Shown: positions 16,154-25,229 of the stretch, one piece after another
How the letters are laid out: each line of letters starts with the position of its first letter
Numbering within the stretch: position 1 is the stretch's first letter
Assembly: GCF_000237865.1 (NCBI RefSeq)
Contig: NC_017459.1
Coordinates: 480,001-512,000, forward strand
Origin: Haloquadratum walsbyi C23
Lineage (GTDB): Archaea; Halobacteriota; Halobacteria; Halobacteriales; Haloferacaceae
Direction: 5' to 3'
DNA: 32,000 nucleotides
Notes under the pieces: generated by a model
Databases searched by the model: none
Told to the model about the DNA's origin: nothing
Seen by the model: the letters and a program-made list of their open reading frames with translations, nothing else
Position numbers and translations under genes: made by a program

Positions 16154-16927
16154 TTACAAGCGTTCAGGGACCACAGCATTTCGAAATCTATCGGCAACAC
16201 CGATCGCGTCACCATCATGAATATCGAGCGTGGCTGCTGCACTTCGGAACGCACTTGCGGCTGTCGTTTCTGGGGCGTGTGCAAGAAGCGGTTTACCAAC
16301 CCGTCGAGCCATACGGACAGCATCGCTCTCAGGGACTGTTGCGAGTGTTCTCCCATCGAAGTATCGCGTCGCCTGTTCAGCAATTGTCGCGACATCTTCA
16401 TCTTGCCGAACTCGATTAAAAATAACACCACCGGTTACTGTCCCGTATGCCCGTGCGTATTCTTGAACTTTCAGACCATCTGAAAGTGAGGGAACAGTTG
16501 GCTGAAGAATAATCACAATACGATCTGCGAGGACAATCGGGAGTACCGCGCTTTTTGACCCTAATGCTGCTGGCGAGTCAAGAAGAAGAACATCCGTGTC
16601 AGCCGCAAGGTCAGCAACAACGTCTCGAAGTACTGTAGGATCAGCAGCCTCAAAATCTGCTAAACTTGTTCCACAGGGCACAACTGACATTCCAAAACGG
16701 TCATAAACGGCTGCTGAGGCTGGAAGATCACAGTCCGTCAATAATAAATCATGAAGTGTTATTTCAACATCGTCAAGTCCAGCATGAAATAGAAGATTTG
16801 CCATCCCAGTGTCAGCGTCGATGACAGTGACATCATAATCAGCCGCAAGTGCCATGCCGAGTGCGAGTGTGCTCGTTGTTTTTCCTGTCCCGCCCTTTCC
16901 ACTCGCAACGGCAAACGCTTCAACCAT
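16154..16927 (-). CDS. MinD/ParA-family P-loop ATPase
   Basis: The deviant Walker A appears in AVASGKGGTGKTTSTLALG. Also present are VIDADTGMANL and Walker B LLLDSPA. 257 aa. Confidence 0.88.
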   Translation of the reverse strand: MVEAFAVASGKGGTGKTTSTLALGMALAADYDVTVIDADTGMANLLFHAGLDDVEITLHDLLLTDCDLPASAAVYDRFGMSVVPCGTSLADFEAADPTVLRDVVADLAADTDVLLLDSPAALGSKSAVLPIVLADRIVIILQPTVPSLSDGLKVQEYARAYGTVTGGVIFNRVRQDEDVATIAEQATRYFDGRTLATVPESDAVRMARRVGKPLLAHAPETTAASAFRSAAATLDIHDGDAIGVADRFRNAVVPERL

Positions 16928-17005
16928 ATCTCTCGCTCACAGTGAGAGATAAAAAGTGTTTGAATTCTATACGGCACAAAGAGACACGTTCTGTTGGATT
17001 TTTGA

Positions 17006-18790
17006 TTATTTCAATTCTGTAAGAGGGTGCCCGAGAATGGACTCAAATGAAATTGAAGAGACAAGATGTGCTGCACGCTCATACGGGTCGCTGCGTGATG
17101 TCATATCGATATCAGGACGGTCGGTATTAGCAGCACTGAAAACCGACTCAACAAATGCTTCACAGACAGCTTCATTATCAAATAACCCATGTAAATACGT
17201 TCCAATCACAGAGTCGGTCGCCGCCCCGAGTGCGATTGGGTCACGCGAGTGGTGATTGGTCATACCCTGGGACAAATCAGCAGTATTATCTGTTGATTCG
17301 ATACGCTCAGTTGTCAGGGATTCAAATGGGGTCTGCACCGGACCGCAAGCTGTTGTCTGTCCCGCATGAATTTCATATCCAGTCACCATACCAGTCGCAT
17401 CTGCGAGTGGCCCAAAGCCATCGAGAGTCCATGTAACTGGTGCAACACGTTTTGTAGGCGAAAATTGCGTCTCAACTGGGAGTATCCCAAGACCGCTGAG
17501 TGTCTGATGACCACTATCATCATCGTTGCTATCATTACTGGGTGCTGGCTCGATCTCGGTCTTCTCATTTGAGTCAGTCTCTTCAACATGGATAGCAGTG
17601 AGCCGTTCACCAAGGAGTTGATAGCCACCGCAGAGTCCGACGATTGGACCCTCAAACTCTCGGAGTTCATCATCAAACCCGGAAGCACGAAGTGCACGTA
17701 AGTCATCAACCGTGTTTTTCGTCCCAGTAATCACGACAGCGTCAATATCAGCCCGCGAGAGCGATATATCAAGCGGGACAAATGCAACACGAACGCCTGG
17801 AACGGCAGCGAGCGGGTCAAGATCGGCAGTATTCGACGCACGAGGAAGTCGTGGAACAGCAACTGTCACAGTCTGTTCCGCTGGGGCATCATCATCTGCT
17901 CCACGCACTGACCGTTCACCAACAGCAGGAAGCGACACACTGTCTTCTGCCGGAAGACCGGGATCATCATACGGTATAACCGAAAGAACCGGAATTCCGG
18001 TTCGATCTTCGATCGTCTGAATACCAGGGGCAAGCAATGACTTATCACCACGAAATTTTGTGATAACAATGCCAATAACTTGGTTACGAACATCATCTGG
18101 GAGTAATTCGAGTGTTCCGATAATTGATGCAAAAACACCGCCTCGTTCGATATCGGCGACGATGATGATTCGAGCGTCTGTGAAGCGAGCCGTCTCAATA
18201 TTCGCGAGATCATGATCATGAAAGTTAATCTCCGCAATTGATCCCGCTCCCTCGGCGATGATAACGTCATGGTCGGCTGCAAGTCGGGTATGTGCGGTAA
18301 CAGCAGCAGAACGTGCCTGCTCCCAATACTCGGCATAAAATGACTCAGCGGTATAATGCCCAACAGCGACACCATCAATAATTAGTTGTGATTCTGCATC
18401 TCCACGGGGCTTCAATAAGACTGGATTATGATCCGTGACTGACTGGACACCTGCAGCCTGCGCTTGAACTGATTGTGAAACGCCAATTTCACCATATGTG
18501 GGGTTTAATTCAGAATTTAATACTCCTGCAGTAATTGTATTTGTCTCTTCTTGCTCTGATGAGTTTACTGCTGTCGAGTCGTTTTCATCTGCTGTGACTG
18601 ATTTCATATCGGTGTCAGCTGTTGGACGGACGACTGCTCGTGCCTCATTACTCATATTTTGAGCTTTAAACGGAGCAACACGAACATCTGCGTTTGCGAA
18701 TCGTCGACATAATCCAGTGACAACGGTGCTTTTGCCAACGTGACTTGCTGTGCCAGCGACGAGAATTGTTGGTGTTGATCTCTCAGACAT
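17006..18790 (-). CDS. cobQ: Cobyric acid synthase (CobQ/CbiP)
   Basis: The N-terminal P-loop-like block is [36 protein letters not shown] is present, and the C-terminal GATase domain has [10 protein letters not shown] and GYEIH. 594 aa, with acidic low-complexity insertions. Confidence 0.9.
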   Translation of the reverse strand: MSERSTPTILVAGTASHVGKSTVVTGLCRRFANADVRVAPFKAQNMSNEARAVVRPTADTDMKSVTADENDSTAVNSSEQEETNTITAGVLNSELNPTYGEIGVSQSVQAQAAGVQSVTDHNPVLLKPRGDAESQLIIDGVAVGHYTAESFYAEYWEQARSAAVTAHTRLAADHDVIIAEGAGSIAEINFHDHDLANIETARFTDARIIIVADIERGGVFASIIGTLELLPDDVRNQVIGIVITKFRGDKSLLAPGIQTIEDRTGIPVLSVIPYDDPGLPAEDSVSLPAVGERSVRGADDDAPAEQTVTVAVPRLPRASNTADLDPLAAVPGVRVAFVPLDISLSRADIDAVVITGTKNTVDDLRALRASGFDDELREFEGPIVGLCGGYQLLGERLTAIHVEETDSNEKTEIEPAPSNDSNDDDSGHQTLSGLGILPVETQFSPTKRVAPVTWTLDGFGPLADATGMVTGYEIHAGQTTACGPVQTPFESLTTERIESTDNTADLSQGMTNHHSRDPIALGAATDSVIGTYLHGLFDNEAVCEAFVESVFSAANTDRPDIDMTSRSDPYERAAHLVSSISFESILGHPLTELK

Positions 18791-18958
18791 AAGGATATTT
18801 AACCGATTGTTCCGACATTTGCGCGTCTCTTAATCATATAGTCAACAAATATCTTGCTAATATCTCAGGATATGGATTCAGTGCGATGATGCCACTGCAT
18901 AACCCGGATATCGATTGCATCTGGATGCCAGTGGCTCTCTTGATAAGTATCAATACTG

Positions 18959-19666
18959 TTAATATTCAGTTCCTTTTCGCGCACGTATACCATCATCAAA
19001 GAGATGTTTCTGTTTTCTAACGTTAGTTATCAAATCAACATCATCGAATAAATACGTCGGCTCAGTGTGGCTCCCGGTGAGAACGAGTTCGAGATTATCT
19101 GGCTTTTGTTCAATAACTGAGAGAACATCATCCTGTGTAATAAGTTCTTGTTCAACAGCATAGAGAACTTCATCAAGAATCAACAGGTGAACTCCATCCT
19201 CAGGGTCTCCGCTGAGATCAATTGGGGTGTCCAATGAAGCATCAGAAATCCCATCAAGAAGTGCCCGCGTCCGTCGCATTGCTCCTTTAGCTTTTGCATG
19301 ATGTTCATCATCATCGGATCCATCAAGCAACCCATGCCATCCGTAATGACCCGTGTTCTCATATGAGATTCCGGGAACAGCAGCGATTGCATTATACTCT
19401 CCTCGAGCCCCCTCGACTGAATCGGCACCGCCTTTCATAAATTGAAGCATATGGACACGGAAGCCATGTCCAACAGCACGGAATGCCATTCCAAGTGCAG
19501 CAGTTGTCTTTCCCTTTCCACCACCCCACCATACCTGCACTCGACCGAATTCCTCAGGCGCGGTCGGTGTGATTGTCTCTGCAGCAGGGCGTTCACCACC
19601 GCCAGGTGTTTGTTGACGGGTTTTTTTTGGATTCATTGTGGATGACTCATTTGCTTCGTCTGTCAT
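18959..19666 (-). CDS. cobA: Cob(I)yrinic acid a,c-diamide / cob(I)alamin adenosyltransferase (CobA/CobO type)
   Basis: VQVWWGGGKGKTTAALGMAFRAVGHGFRVHMLQFMKGG is the CobA P-loop region. The start was trimmed to the ATG at 19666 (MTDEANESS...). The 77-codon track extension to 19897 is AT-rich and not protein-like. Confidence 0.88.
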   Translation of the reverse strand: MTDEANESSTMNPKKTRQQTPGGGERPAAETITPTAPEEFGRVQVWWGGGKGKTTAALGMAFRAVGHGFRVHMLQFMKGGADSVEGARGEYNAIAAVPGISYENTGHYGWHGLLDGSDDDEHHAKAKGAMRRTRALLDGISDASLDTPIDLSGDPEDGVHLLILDEVLYAVEQELITQDDVLSVIEQKPDNLELVLTGSHTEPTYLFDDVDLITNVRKQKHLFDDGIRARKGTEY

Positions 19667-19939
19667 GACATAATTCAGAGGACCGAACATAAAGAAGGCG
19701 ACGTGTCGGTGCTTCCCTTTATTATCGGTGTATAACTGATACAATTTAATCTGATATGCCGCAAATGAATAGGCGAATATCGAGGATTGCGCTTGAATAT
19801 AACATATCTCTACTATCTTTAACAGCGAGAGAATCCTGATTTTCAGACGGGCGTGAATCGCGTCAATTTTCACTCTGCTTTCCACGGATCTATACATACA
19901 GAGAACGTGCAGTAGAGTAATTCAATCGTTGGAACTAAT

Positions 19940-20430
19940 TTGGGAACCACTTGGAGTCTTCCCCGCCGAAACGCACCGTATGGTGCTGACAGTACCCATG
20001 CCCCTACCCTTGCAACACGGGATGGGATGACGCAACGACACAATTCAACCCCTTCGACGTGCGAGCCTGTTCACCGTGGTAGAAAGGACAGGCAGACCGA
20101 TGGCACGACCCGTGCGTCCCCGACCACGAACGGCGGGGGCGAGTCCGATGCAGTGTCGGACGCTGTGCAAGGAGATACCGCATCTATATCGGGATGCCGA
20201 ACCCGCCACACTCTTCACCGGGCTTACGCACTGAGCGCGAACCGGAGTACACCCACGCGGCGGAATCTTGCCTTTGTTGGTGTCGTATCGCTCGACACCA
20301 AGCGTGCGGTTGAGGGAAACCGCGCCGTCCAGGGCGCGGAGGATATCATACTCGCACCATTGGGTGTCTTGGCTGATGCCCTAATAGTCGGATTTGTGAT
20401 TGTTGAGATCCGCTGCTGGCATATAGTGTT
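19940..20430. other. GC-rich, hairpin-dense island of unknown nature (pseudogene remnant or structured RNA)
   Basis: Sampled 60-nt lines give about 57-72% G+C, against markedly AT-richer flanks. Perfect stems include ttggtgtcg/cgacaccaa (20277-20301), ccgcgcc/ggcgcgg (20320-20339), gcggtt/aaccgc (20306-20323), gtccga/tcggac (20143-20161) and gcacc/ggtgc (19973-19986). Only a short interrupted ORF is visible on the minus strand, running 20422 down to about 20258. Confidence 0.4.
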
Positions 20431-20431
20431 T

Positions 20432-21454
20432 TCATGATTCTGTTGTTGTGTCTGTCTCTTCCGATATTTGAACAGGACTAACGAAAGCGCGATCATCGGT
20501 CACAATCCCGTGTGAAGCCATTTCGACGGACGTTGGAAGAGGCTCAGATTTGTATCGAGATGCAAGCGCAGCGCAGAGAGCATCACGAACACACACTCGT
20601 GCAGCGTTGCCAACAGCAGTGGCGCTGCCAGAAAACCGCTTCATATTGCCTGTTGGGTCTGATGCAATCAGAACTGCATCAGATGTTGTCCCAGTAAATC
20701 CGGTCTGTGCCATGAGTGTTGCCGCCTTTGCTTCACTCACAACAGCAACAAGATTTGAAAGTGCCCCTGGAGTGAGTGACCGTGTCGTCCCAAGGATGAT
20801 ATTCACGGTTCCAAAATCATCTCTATCAGACTTGTTGATTCGGGAATCGTCCAGTTCACCAGATGTATCTATATTTGTATCGGGTTCAGCATCCGTCATT
20901 GCATTTTCTGTTGACTGGTTATCATTTATCATCTCTGACATTGGGAGTGTTGCTGGATTACTAACTCCAGCGGTGACGATTACCTCAACGGGGTCAAGAC
21001 GTGCTCGTCGGGCATGTTGGAGGTCGACACCAGTGAGTAGTGCTGGTGTGTATGTCCTTGTCTCAGTATTCATCCATATGGTATCATCAGTACCTGCGTG
21101 TGTAGTGTTGTGAGGCGTTTCTGTCTGCGTATCAGTTAATGACCTCCCCCTCCCATCGGTGAAAGTGGAGATATATTCAAATCCAGCAGTTGCACATCGC
21201 TCGGCGACGTATGCAGAAACAGCAGTTTCGGTCCACCCATGGGGGACAGAAAGAAGATATGCCACATCGCCTCGAGATACCCCGCCATTGTATCCTGTCG
21301 AGAGCCATCGAGTATCCGGACGATAGAGACGACACACTCCATCTCGAACGGTCAGATCAAAAAATGTCATATCGTCGTTCTCAGATGAGATATTATGATC
21401 AGTGCAATCAGTGACATCTGAGGTAGTATCAGATTCCGTATTTTCTTTAGTCAT
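20432..21454 (-). CDS. cbiZ: Adenosylcobinamide amidohydrolase (CbiZ)
   Basis: The blocks VTAGVSNPATL and FGTVNIILGTTRSLTPGALSNLVAVVSEAKAATLMAQTGFTGTTSDAVLIASD match my recollection of the CbiZ family. The gene sits in the cobalamin cluster. 340 aa, with acidic insertions. Confidence 0.75.
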   Translation of the reverse strand: MTKENTESDTTSDVTDCTDHNISSENDDMTFFDLTVRDGVCRLYRPDTRWLSTGYNGGVSRGDVAYLLSVPHGWTETAVSAYVAERCATAGFEYISTFTDGRGRSLTDTQTETPHNTTHAGTDDTIWMNTETRTYTPALLTGVDLQHARRARLDPVEVIVTAGVSNPATLPMSEMINDNQSTENAMTDAEPDTNIDTSGELDDSRINKSDRDDFGTVNIILGTTRSLTPGALSNLVAVVSEAKAATLMAQTGFTGTTSDAVLIASDPTGNMKRFSGSATAVGNAARVCVRDALCAALASRYKSEPLPTSVEMASHGIVTDDRAFVSPVQISEETDTTTES

Positions 21455-21465
21455 TATTACATCAC

Positions 21466-22521
21466 TCAGTCTTCAAGCAGGACAGAGAGAAGTCTATCAT
21501 TCTCATGTGGACGACGGATAGCGACGCGAACATGTGCATCTAATGTCTCAAATGTTCGTGCATCTCGAAGTTCAATACCATTCTCACGAGCATGAGCAAG
21601 AAGAGCATCAACAGCATCAGTCTTTGTTGTTGGACTTCGGTCGGCAATGGCTGAAACAGTTGTATCAACATCAAGTAGTAAAAATGGGGCATCTGAAGGA
21701 AAGACGGTATACTCTGTCTCAAGCGCTGTTCGAAGTCGTTCACGCTCTGTACTCACACGCTCACGAGTCGCGCGAACAAAATCATCCTGTGTAAGACAAT
21801 ACTGCCCGACAGCAGCCGCTGGTGTTGAGAGTGACCATGTCGGTCGTGCTGACTCAAGTCGGTCGCTTAGCACCCCATCCGCAACTGCGAACCCCGCTCG
21901 AAGTCCCGGCAGACCGAAGATCTTCGTCAGTGATCGGGCAACAATTGTTCCGCGCGCGCCAGCCATGCTCGGTGCATCAATGAAATCCATAAATGCTTCA
22001 TCAATAATAACTGTCGTATCAGTCTCGATGCAGCGCTGTCGAAATGCATCGATAACCTCTGGGTCAATACAATCTCCGGTTGGATTATTTGGCGTACAAA
22101 TAATCACTGCGGCAATATCATCTGGTGTTGTATCGGCAGTAACAATCGTATCATGTGCAATGCCAACCGGTATACCTCCCTGGAGTTTGACCTCTCTAGC
22201 ATACTCACTGAATCCCGGCTCAGGAATGAATACTCGATCGCCTGATGAAACGGTGACAGCAACTGCAAGCCGAAGAGCTGCAAGCCCTCCCGGCACCGGT
22301 GTCACCATTGAAGCGTCACAGTTCACATATGAAGCTGCCGCCTGAGTGAACGCAGAAAAGTCATCGCGATATCGTGTTGCATCTGAGAGTGCTGACTCAT
22401 ATACCTCCGCAACACCTGGAGGGCGGTCGGGATTGGTGTTAGCGCTGAAATCAAGGCGAGAAGTATCCTCACTTCCACCATGTGGGACACGGTCAACGTC
22501 GGCTACAGCCTCAGGATTCAT
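21466..22521 (-). CDS. cobD: Class I/II aminotransferase-fold enzyme, probable L-threonine-O-3-phosphate decarboxylase (CobD)
   Basis: PNNPTG and SLTKIFGLPGLRAG (the PLP-lysine region) are typical of the HisC/CobD subfamily. The CobD assignment rests on cluster context. Confidence 0.7.
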   Translation of the reverse strand: MNPEAVADVDRVPHGGSEDTSRLDFSANTNPDRPPGVAEVYESALSDATRYRDDFSAFTQAAASYVNCDASMVTPVPGGLAALRLAVAVTVSSGDRVFIPEPGFSEYAREVKLQGGIPVGIAHDTIVTADTTPDDIAAVIICTPNNPTGDCIDPEVIDAFRQRCIETDTTVIIDEAFMDFIDAPSMAGARGTIVARSLTKIFGLPGLRAGFAVADGVLSDRLESARPTWSLSTPAAAVGQYCLTQDDFVRATRERVSTERERLRTALETEYTVFPSDAPFLLLDVDTTVSAIADRSPTTKTDAVDALLAHARENGIELRDARTFETLDAHVRVAIRRPHENDRLLSVLLED

Positions 22522-22708
22522 CGACCTCGATCGTATGACTCATCGTTTATACATAGAGTCTGAGTCTCTGTCAGATTCGATAGTAGCATTTGTGATATGT
22601 TGAGTGTCATTATTGAAAGATGCAAGGGTAACTCTGTCATTCAGGGCGGAGAGGGTGTCAAGAGCAATCGTATGTAATCATGTGTCAAAGGTTCGTTTTA
22701 GAATCAAT

Positions 22709-23743
22709 TTAAGTACTCTTCGTATCGGTATACGTAACAGTATTTTCGTGAGACTGCTGTTGTTCAATACGATTTAGAACGTGTTGCACTGCTGGAATCA
22801 CCTCGTTCAGTCGGTCCGCCTCCGCAATAAGCGCAAGTGCACCACCCATCCCAGCTCCTTCTTTAGCAACACCATTGGCGTACTCACTGAGTGGTCCAGC
22901 GTCGACATCATGAGCCCCGAATTCAGGGTTCGTGACGATTAAATCAAGATTAAGTGCTGTTGCTGTCTCATTCAATCCTGTGACATCTGCAGCAAGATAT
23001 GATGTCGTTGCGAGCGTCGCTCGCTCGGAAACACCAGCATGACGGACAAGAGCTGCAACCGTCAGCAGTTGTGTTCCGCCGCCAAGGATAACATCCGTAT
23101 TAGATTCGATTGCGCCAACAGTTGTCCCCGCAGCAACAGCTAATACCGGATCGCCAACAGCCCGAATCGCATGTTTAGGATTGTGTGCGAATTGACCAGG
23201 ACTGATGCCTGCTGTCGAAAGGGCCTTATCAGTCACATTTTGTTTGAGTCTGAGTGGGTTTGTGGGGATTGATGATGATGTTGGGACATCAACACCAAGG
23301 GCACGACAAACAGCGAGTGCTGTTGTTGTTCCACCTGGTATAGTTTCTCCAATAACAATTTGATCATCAGGTAGTGACTGCCCAAACTCCCGTGCGTTAA
23401 TAAATAATTCCGGGGCGGTCGGAACAGGCTCTGATTCACGAATATCGCGACCAGGACGAGCACCAACAGAGACCGTCGGCGCACCAGTTGGACGGGCAAG
23501 TCCAGCATCGATGATAGTCAGATCAAATCCAATCCGTTCTCGAATTGCTCGGGTTATCACTGCAGGCGTTGGACAACCGCTTGGACTTATCGGGGTAACA
23601 GGTGCTTGGATAGGGAGACCATAGCTAATGATTTCTGCGTCTGCACTCGGCGTGTGCATGAGTAAACGAGACGTCGCACCAGCAGCACTGATGCCTTCTA
23701 TTGTAGCCGTCTTCGTCGTTCCTGCAACAAGTATTACTCGCAT
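22709..23743 (-). CDS. cobT: Archaeal-type nicotinate-nucleotide:dimethylbenzimidazole phosphoribosyltransferase (CobT, UPF0284 family)
   Basis: The N-terminus MRVILVAGTTKTATIEGISAAGA and IGETIPGGTTTA are as in archaeal CobT homologs. The gene overlaps cobY by 10 nt. Confidence 0.8.
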   Translation of the reverse strand: MRVILVAGTTKTATIEGISAAGATSRLLMHTPSADAEIISYGLPIQAPVTPISPSGCPTPAVITRAIRERIGFDLTIIDAGLARPTGAPTVSVGARPGRDIRESEPVPTAPELFINAREFGQSLPDDQIVIGETIPGGTTTALAVCRALGVDVPTSSSIPTNPLRLKQNVTDKALSTAGISPGQFAHNPKHAIRAVGDPVLAVAAGTTVGAIESNTDVILGGGTQLLTVAALVRHAGVSERATLATTSYLAADVTGLNETATALNLDLIVTNPEFGAHDVDAGPLSEYANGVAKEGAGMGGALALIAEADRLNEVIPAVQHVLNRIEQQQSHENTVTYTDTKST

Positions 23744-24477
23744 AGCTTTTCTGCGACACGCTTATCTGTCGGTCGGTTCACATTAATTGCTAGTCGAGCA
23801 TCATAACTCAACTGTACAGTGTCAGTATCTCCTGCAACGATATTAATACCACTTGGGGCGACCTGGAGATGATCATGCTCAAATACTGTATCAACAGAAA
23901 CACCAAGTTGTTTTTTTAGTGCTGCTGGAACACACAGCATAGTCGACGTCGGGTCATTATCATCGTTTAGACGAGCGGTGTTGATTACCTTTGCAATATG
24001 ATCGCTTGATATAAGTGGAAGATCGGCTGGGGTGGTTACAACTGGTGTGTCGAGCATAGAAAGCGCATGCTGGAGGTCAGAAACGTATCCATCGCCTGGG
24101 GTTTCGATTGATGCTATTGATTCAAACCGAGATGCTTCACGAACCGCGGTTGCAGTTCGGGGTGCATTCGGTGATGTCACTGCCCAGACCGTCTCAACCG
24201 GGCTTGCTGTAAGTGCACTAGACACATGGGAAAGCATAGCAGTGCCATTAATTTCGATAAGTGGCTTCTCACAGTCAATTATCGACTGATCTGACACAGC
24301 AGATGACCGATTCGTGACTGAATTGTCTGGGCGTAATCCATCACCATGATCAGCGCTATTATCATTAATTTCGATATTTAAAACCTCATCCGGTGGTCGA
24401 GTCTCATTGTCTGAACTATCATTCCGTCGACCGCGAAGACGTGTCCCATGACCACCACACATTATCAAAGCGTCCAT
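23734..24477 (-). CDS. cobY: Adenosylcobinamide-phosphate guanylyltransferase (CobY)
   Basis: MDALIMCGGHGTRL is the NTP-transferase G-loop, followed later by EKPLIEINGTAML. The gene is in the cluster between cobS and cobT. It contains a low-complexity insert of about 55 aa. Confidence 0.8.
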   Translation of the reverse strand: MDALIMCGGHGTRLRGRRNDSSDNETRPPDEVLNIEINDNSADHGDGLRPDNSVTNRSSAVSDQSIIDCEKPLIEINGTAMLSHVSSALTASPVETVWAVTSPNAPRTATAVREASRFESIASIETPGDGYVSDLQHALSMLDTPVVTTPADLPLISSDHIAKVINTARLNDDNDPTSTMLCVPAALKKQLGVSVDTVFEHDHLQVAPSGINIVAGDTDTVQLSYDARLAINVNRPTDKRVAEKLCE

Positions 24478-25229
24478 ACAACCACCCCTGCATGAATAGC
24501 AGCAGCGCGGCTGACTTCGTTTACAGCGCCAAGAACATCACCGCTGATACCACCAAGTGCATCGTCAGCCCACTGCTTAATCACCAATGCGACGATGAGC
24601 GGGGTCAATACTACCGCTGCAGTCGAACCAGCGCCCAGGTATGGAATACCAAGTAGCAACGGCGTTAGTGCCAGTATAACTGGAAATAAAGATAGTGGCG
24701 TTGACTCATCGATTAGTGCAGCGCCAAGACCGTCATGTGCAGCATCACCTGTGCACACAAGTAGTGCCATTGCAGATTTTGCTCCTACCTCTGCAGTGAG
24801 GACAAGTATAAATGTAACCTGCGGGGTGGTTCTGGTAGCGCCGAGCACTCCAAGTGCAAGTGACACCACAGTCACCGTCACAGCGAGTGCCCCTCCAACA
24901 CCGACCTGTGAGTCATGCAATACCGAGCGTCGGCGACTGTGTTCATCATCAGTATCATGAACAACTGCGGCATCCCCAATATCTGCTATCCCGTCTATGT
25001 GTGTAATGCCAGTTACACCGATAAGAATCAGAAGATACACTCCAATGAGTGTCGGCACAGGAACAATAGAGAGAAGAACAAATGGAAGAGCGACTAATGT
25101 ACCGAGTGGATAACCAATAACTGTAAACGCAACAGGCGTCTGTCGAAATGCATCCCAGGCTTTCTTATCGTGCCCAATTGGAACACGAGTGAGAAAGCCA
25201 ATCCCTCCACGAATGGCACTTATAACCAC
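24465..25229 (-). CDS. cobS: Adenosylcobinamide-GDP ribazoletransferase (cobalamin 5'-phosphate synthase, CobS)
   Basis: Polytopic membrane protein of 254 aa. GFLTRVP near the N-terminus and HIDGIADIGDA are CobS hallmarks. GTG start. Confidence 0.88.
   Translation of the reverse strand: MVISAIRGGIGFLTRVPIGHDKKAWDAFRQTPVAFTVIGYPLGTLVALPFVLLSIVPVPTLIGVYLLILIGVTGITHIDGIADIGDAAVVHDTDDEHSRRRSVLHDSQVGVGGALAVTVTVVSLALGVLGATRTTPQVTFILVLTAEVGAKSAMALLVCTGDAAHDGLGAALIDESTPLSLFPVILALTPLLLGIPYLGAGSTAAVVLTPLIVALVIKQWADDALGGISGDVLGAVNEVSRAAAIHAGVVVWTL

Noticed and set aside
16153-16431. N-terminal 93-codon extension of the ORF 15427..16431
   Set aside because: It lies entirely within the MinD-like coding region in another frame. 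The ATG at 16152 abuts the upstream stop.
18959-19897. Full-length 312-aa version of the cobA ORF
   Set aside because: The first 77 codons are AT-rich and Ile/Lys/Tyr-rich (YRSVESRVKIDAIHARLKIRILSLLK...), unlike any CobA N-terminus. The internal ATG at 19666 gives a normal-length acidic N-terminus.
19990-20090. 5S rRNA-like words (gtacccat...aacacgg, gtgcgagcc)
   Set aside because: Only short scattered matches interrupted by insertions. The 5' and 3' helices of 5S cannot be formed.
19940-20430. Cobalamin riboswitch, suggested by the location upstream of cobA and strings such as gggaacc and acaggcagaccg
   Set aside because: No convincing B12 box (AGYCMGGAGACCKGCC-like) or GGUG..AAUCC / GCCACUG core appears on either strand. 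The 3' end of the island is about 270 nt from the cobA start.
19940-20437. Track ORF of 165 aa on the plus strand (MGTTWSLPRRNAPYG...)
   Set aside because: The Arg/Thr/Ser/Gly-rich, basic composition is unlike the acidic proteome here. It is typical of a spurious frame through GC-rich DNA, and it has no start context.
21647-22345. Long antisense ORFs inside real genes (for example 21647..22345 +, 15614..16144 +, 20550..21113 +, 27895..28398 -, 24595..24960 +, 10780..11226 +)
   Set aside because: These are shadow ORFs opposite confidently identified genes. They have Ser/Arg/Ala/Thr-rich composition and no recognisable motifs.
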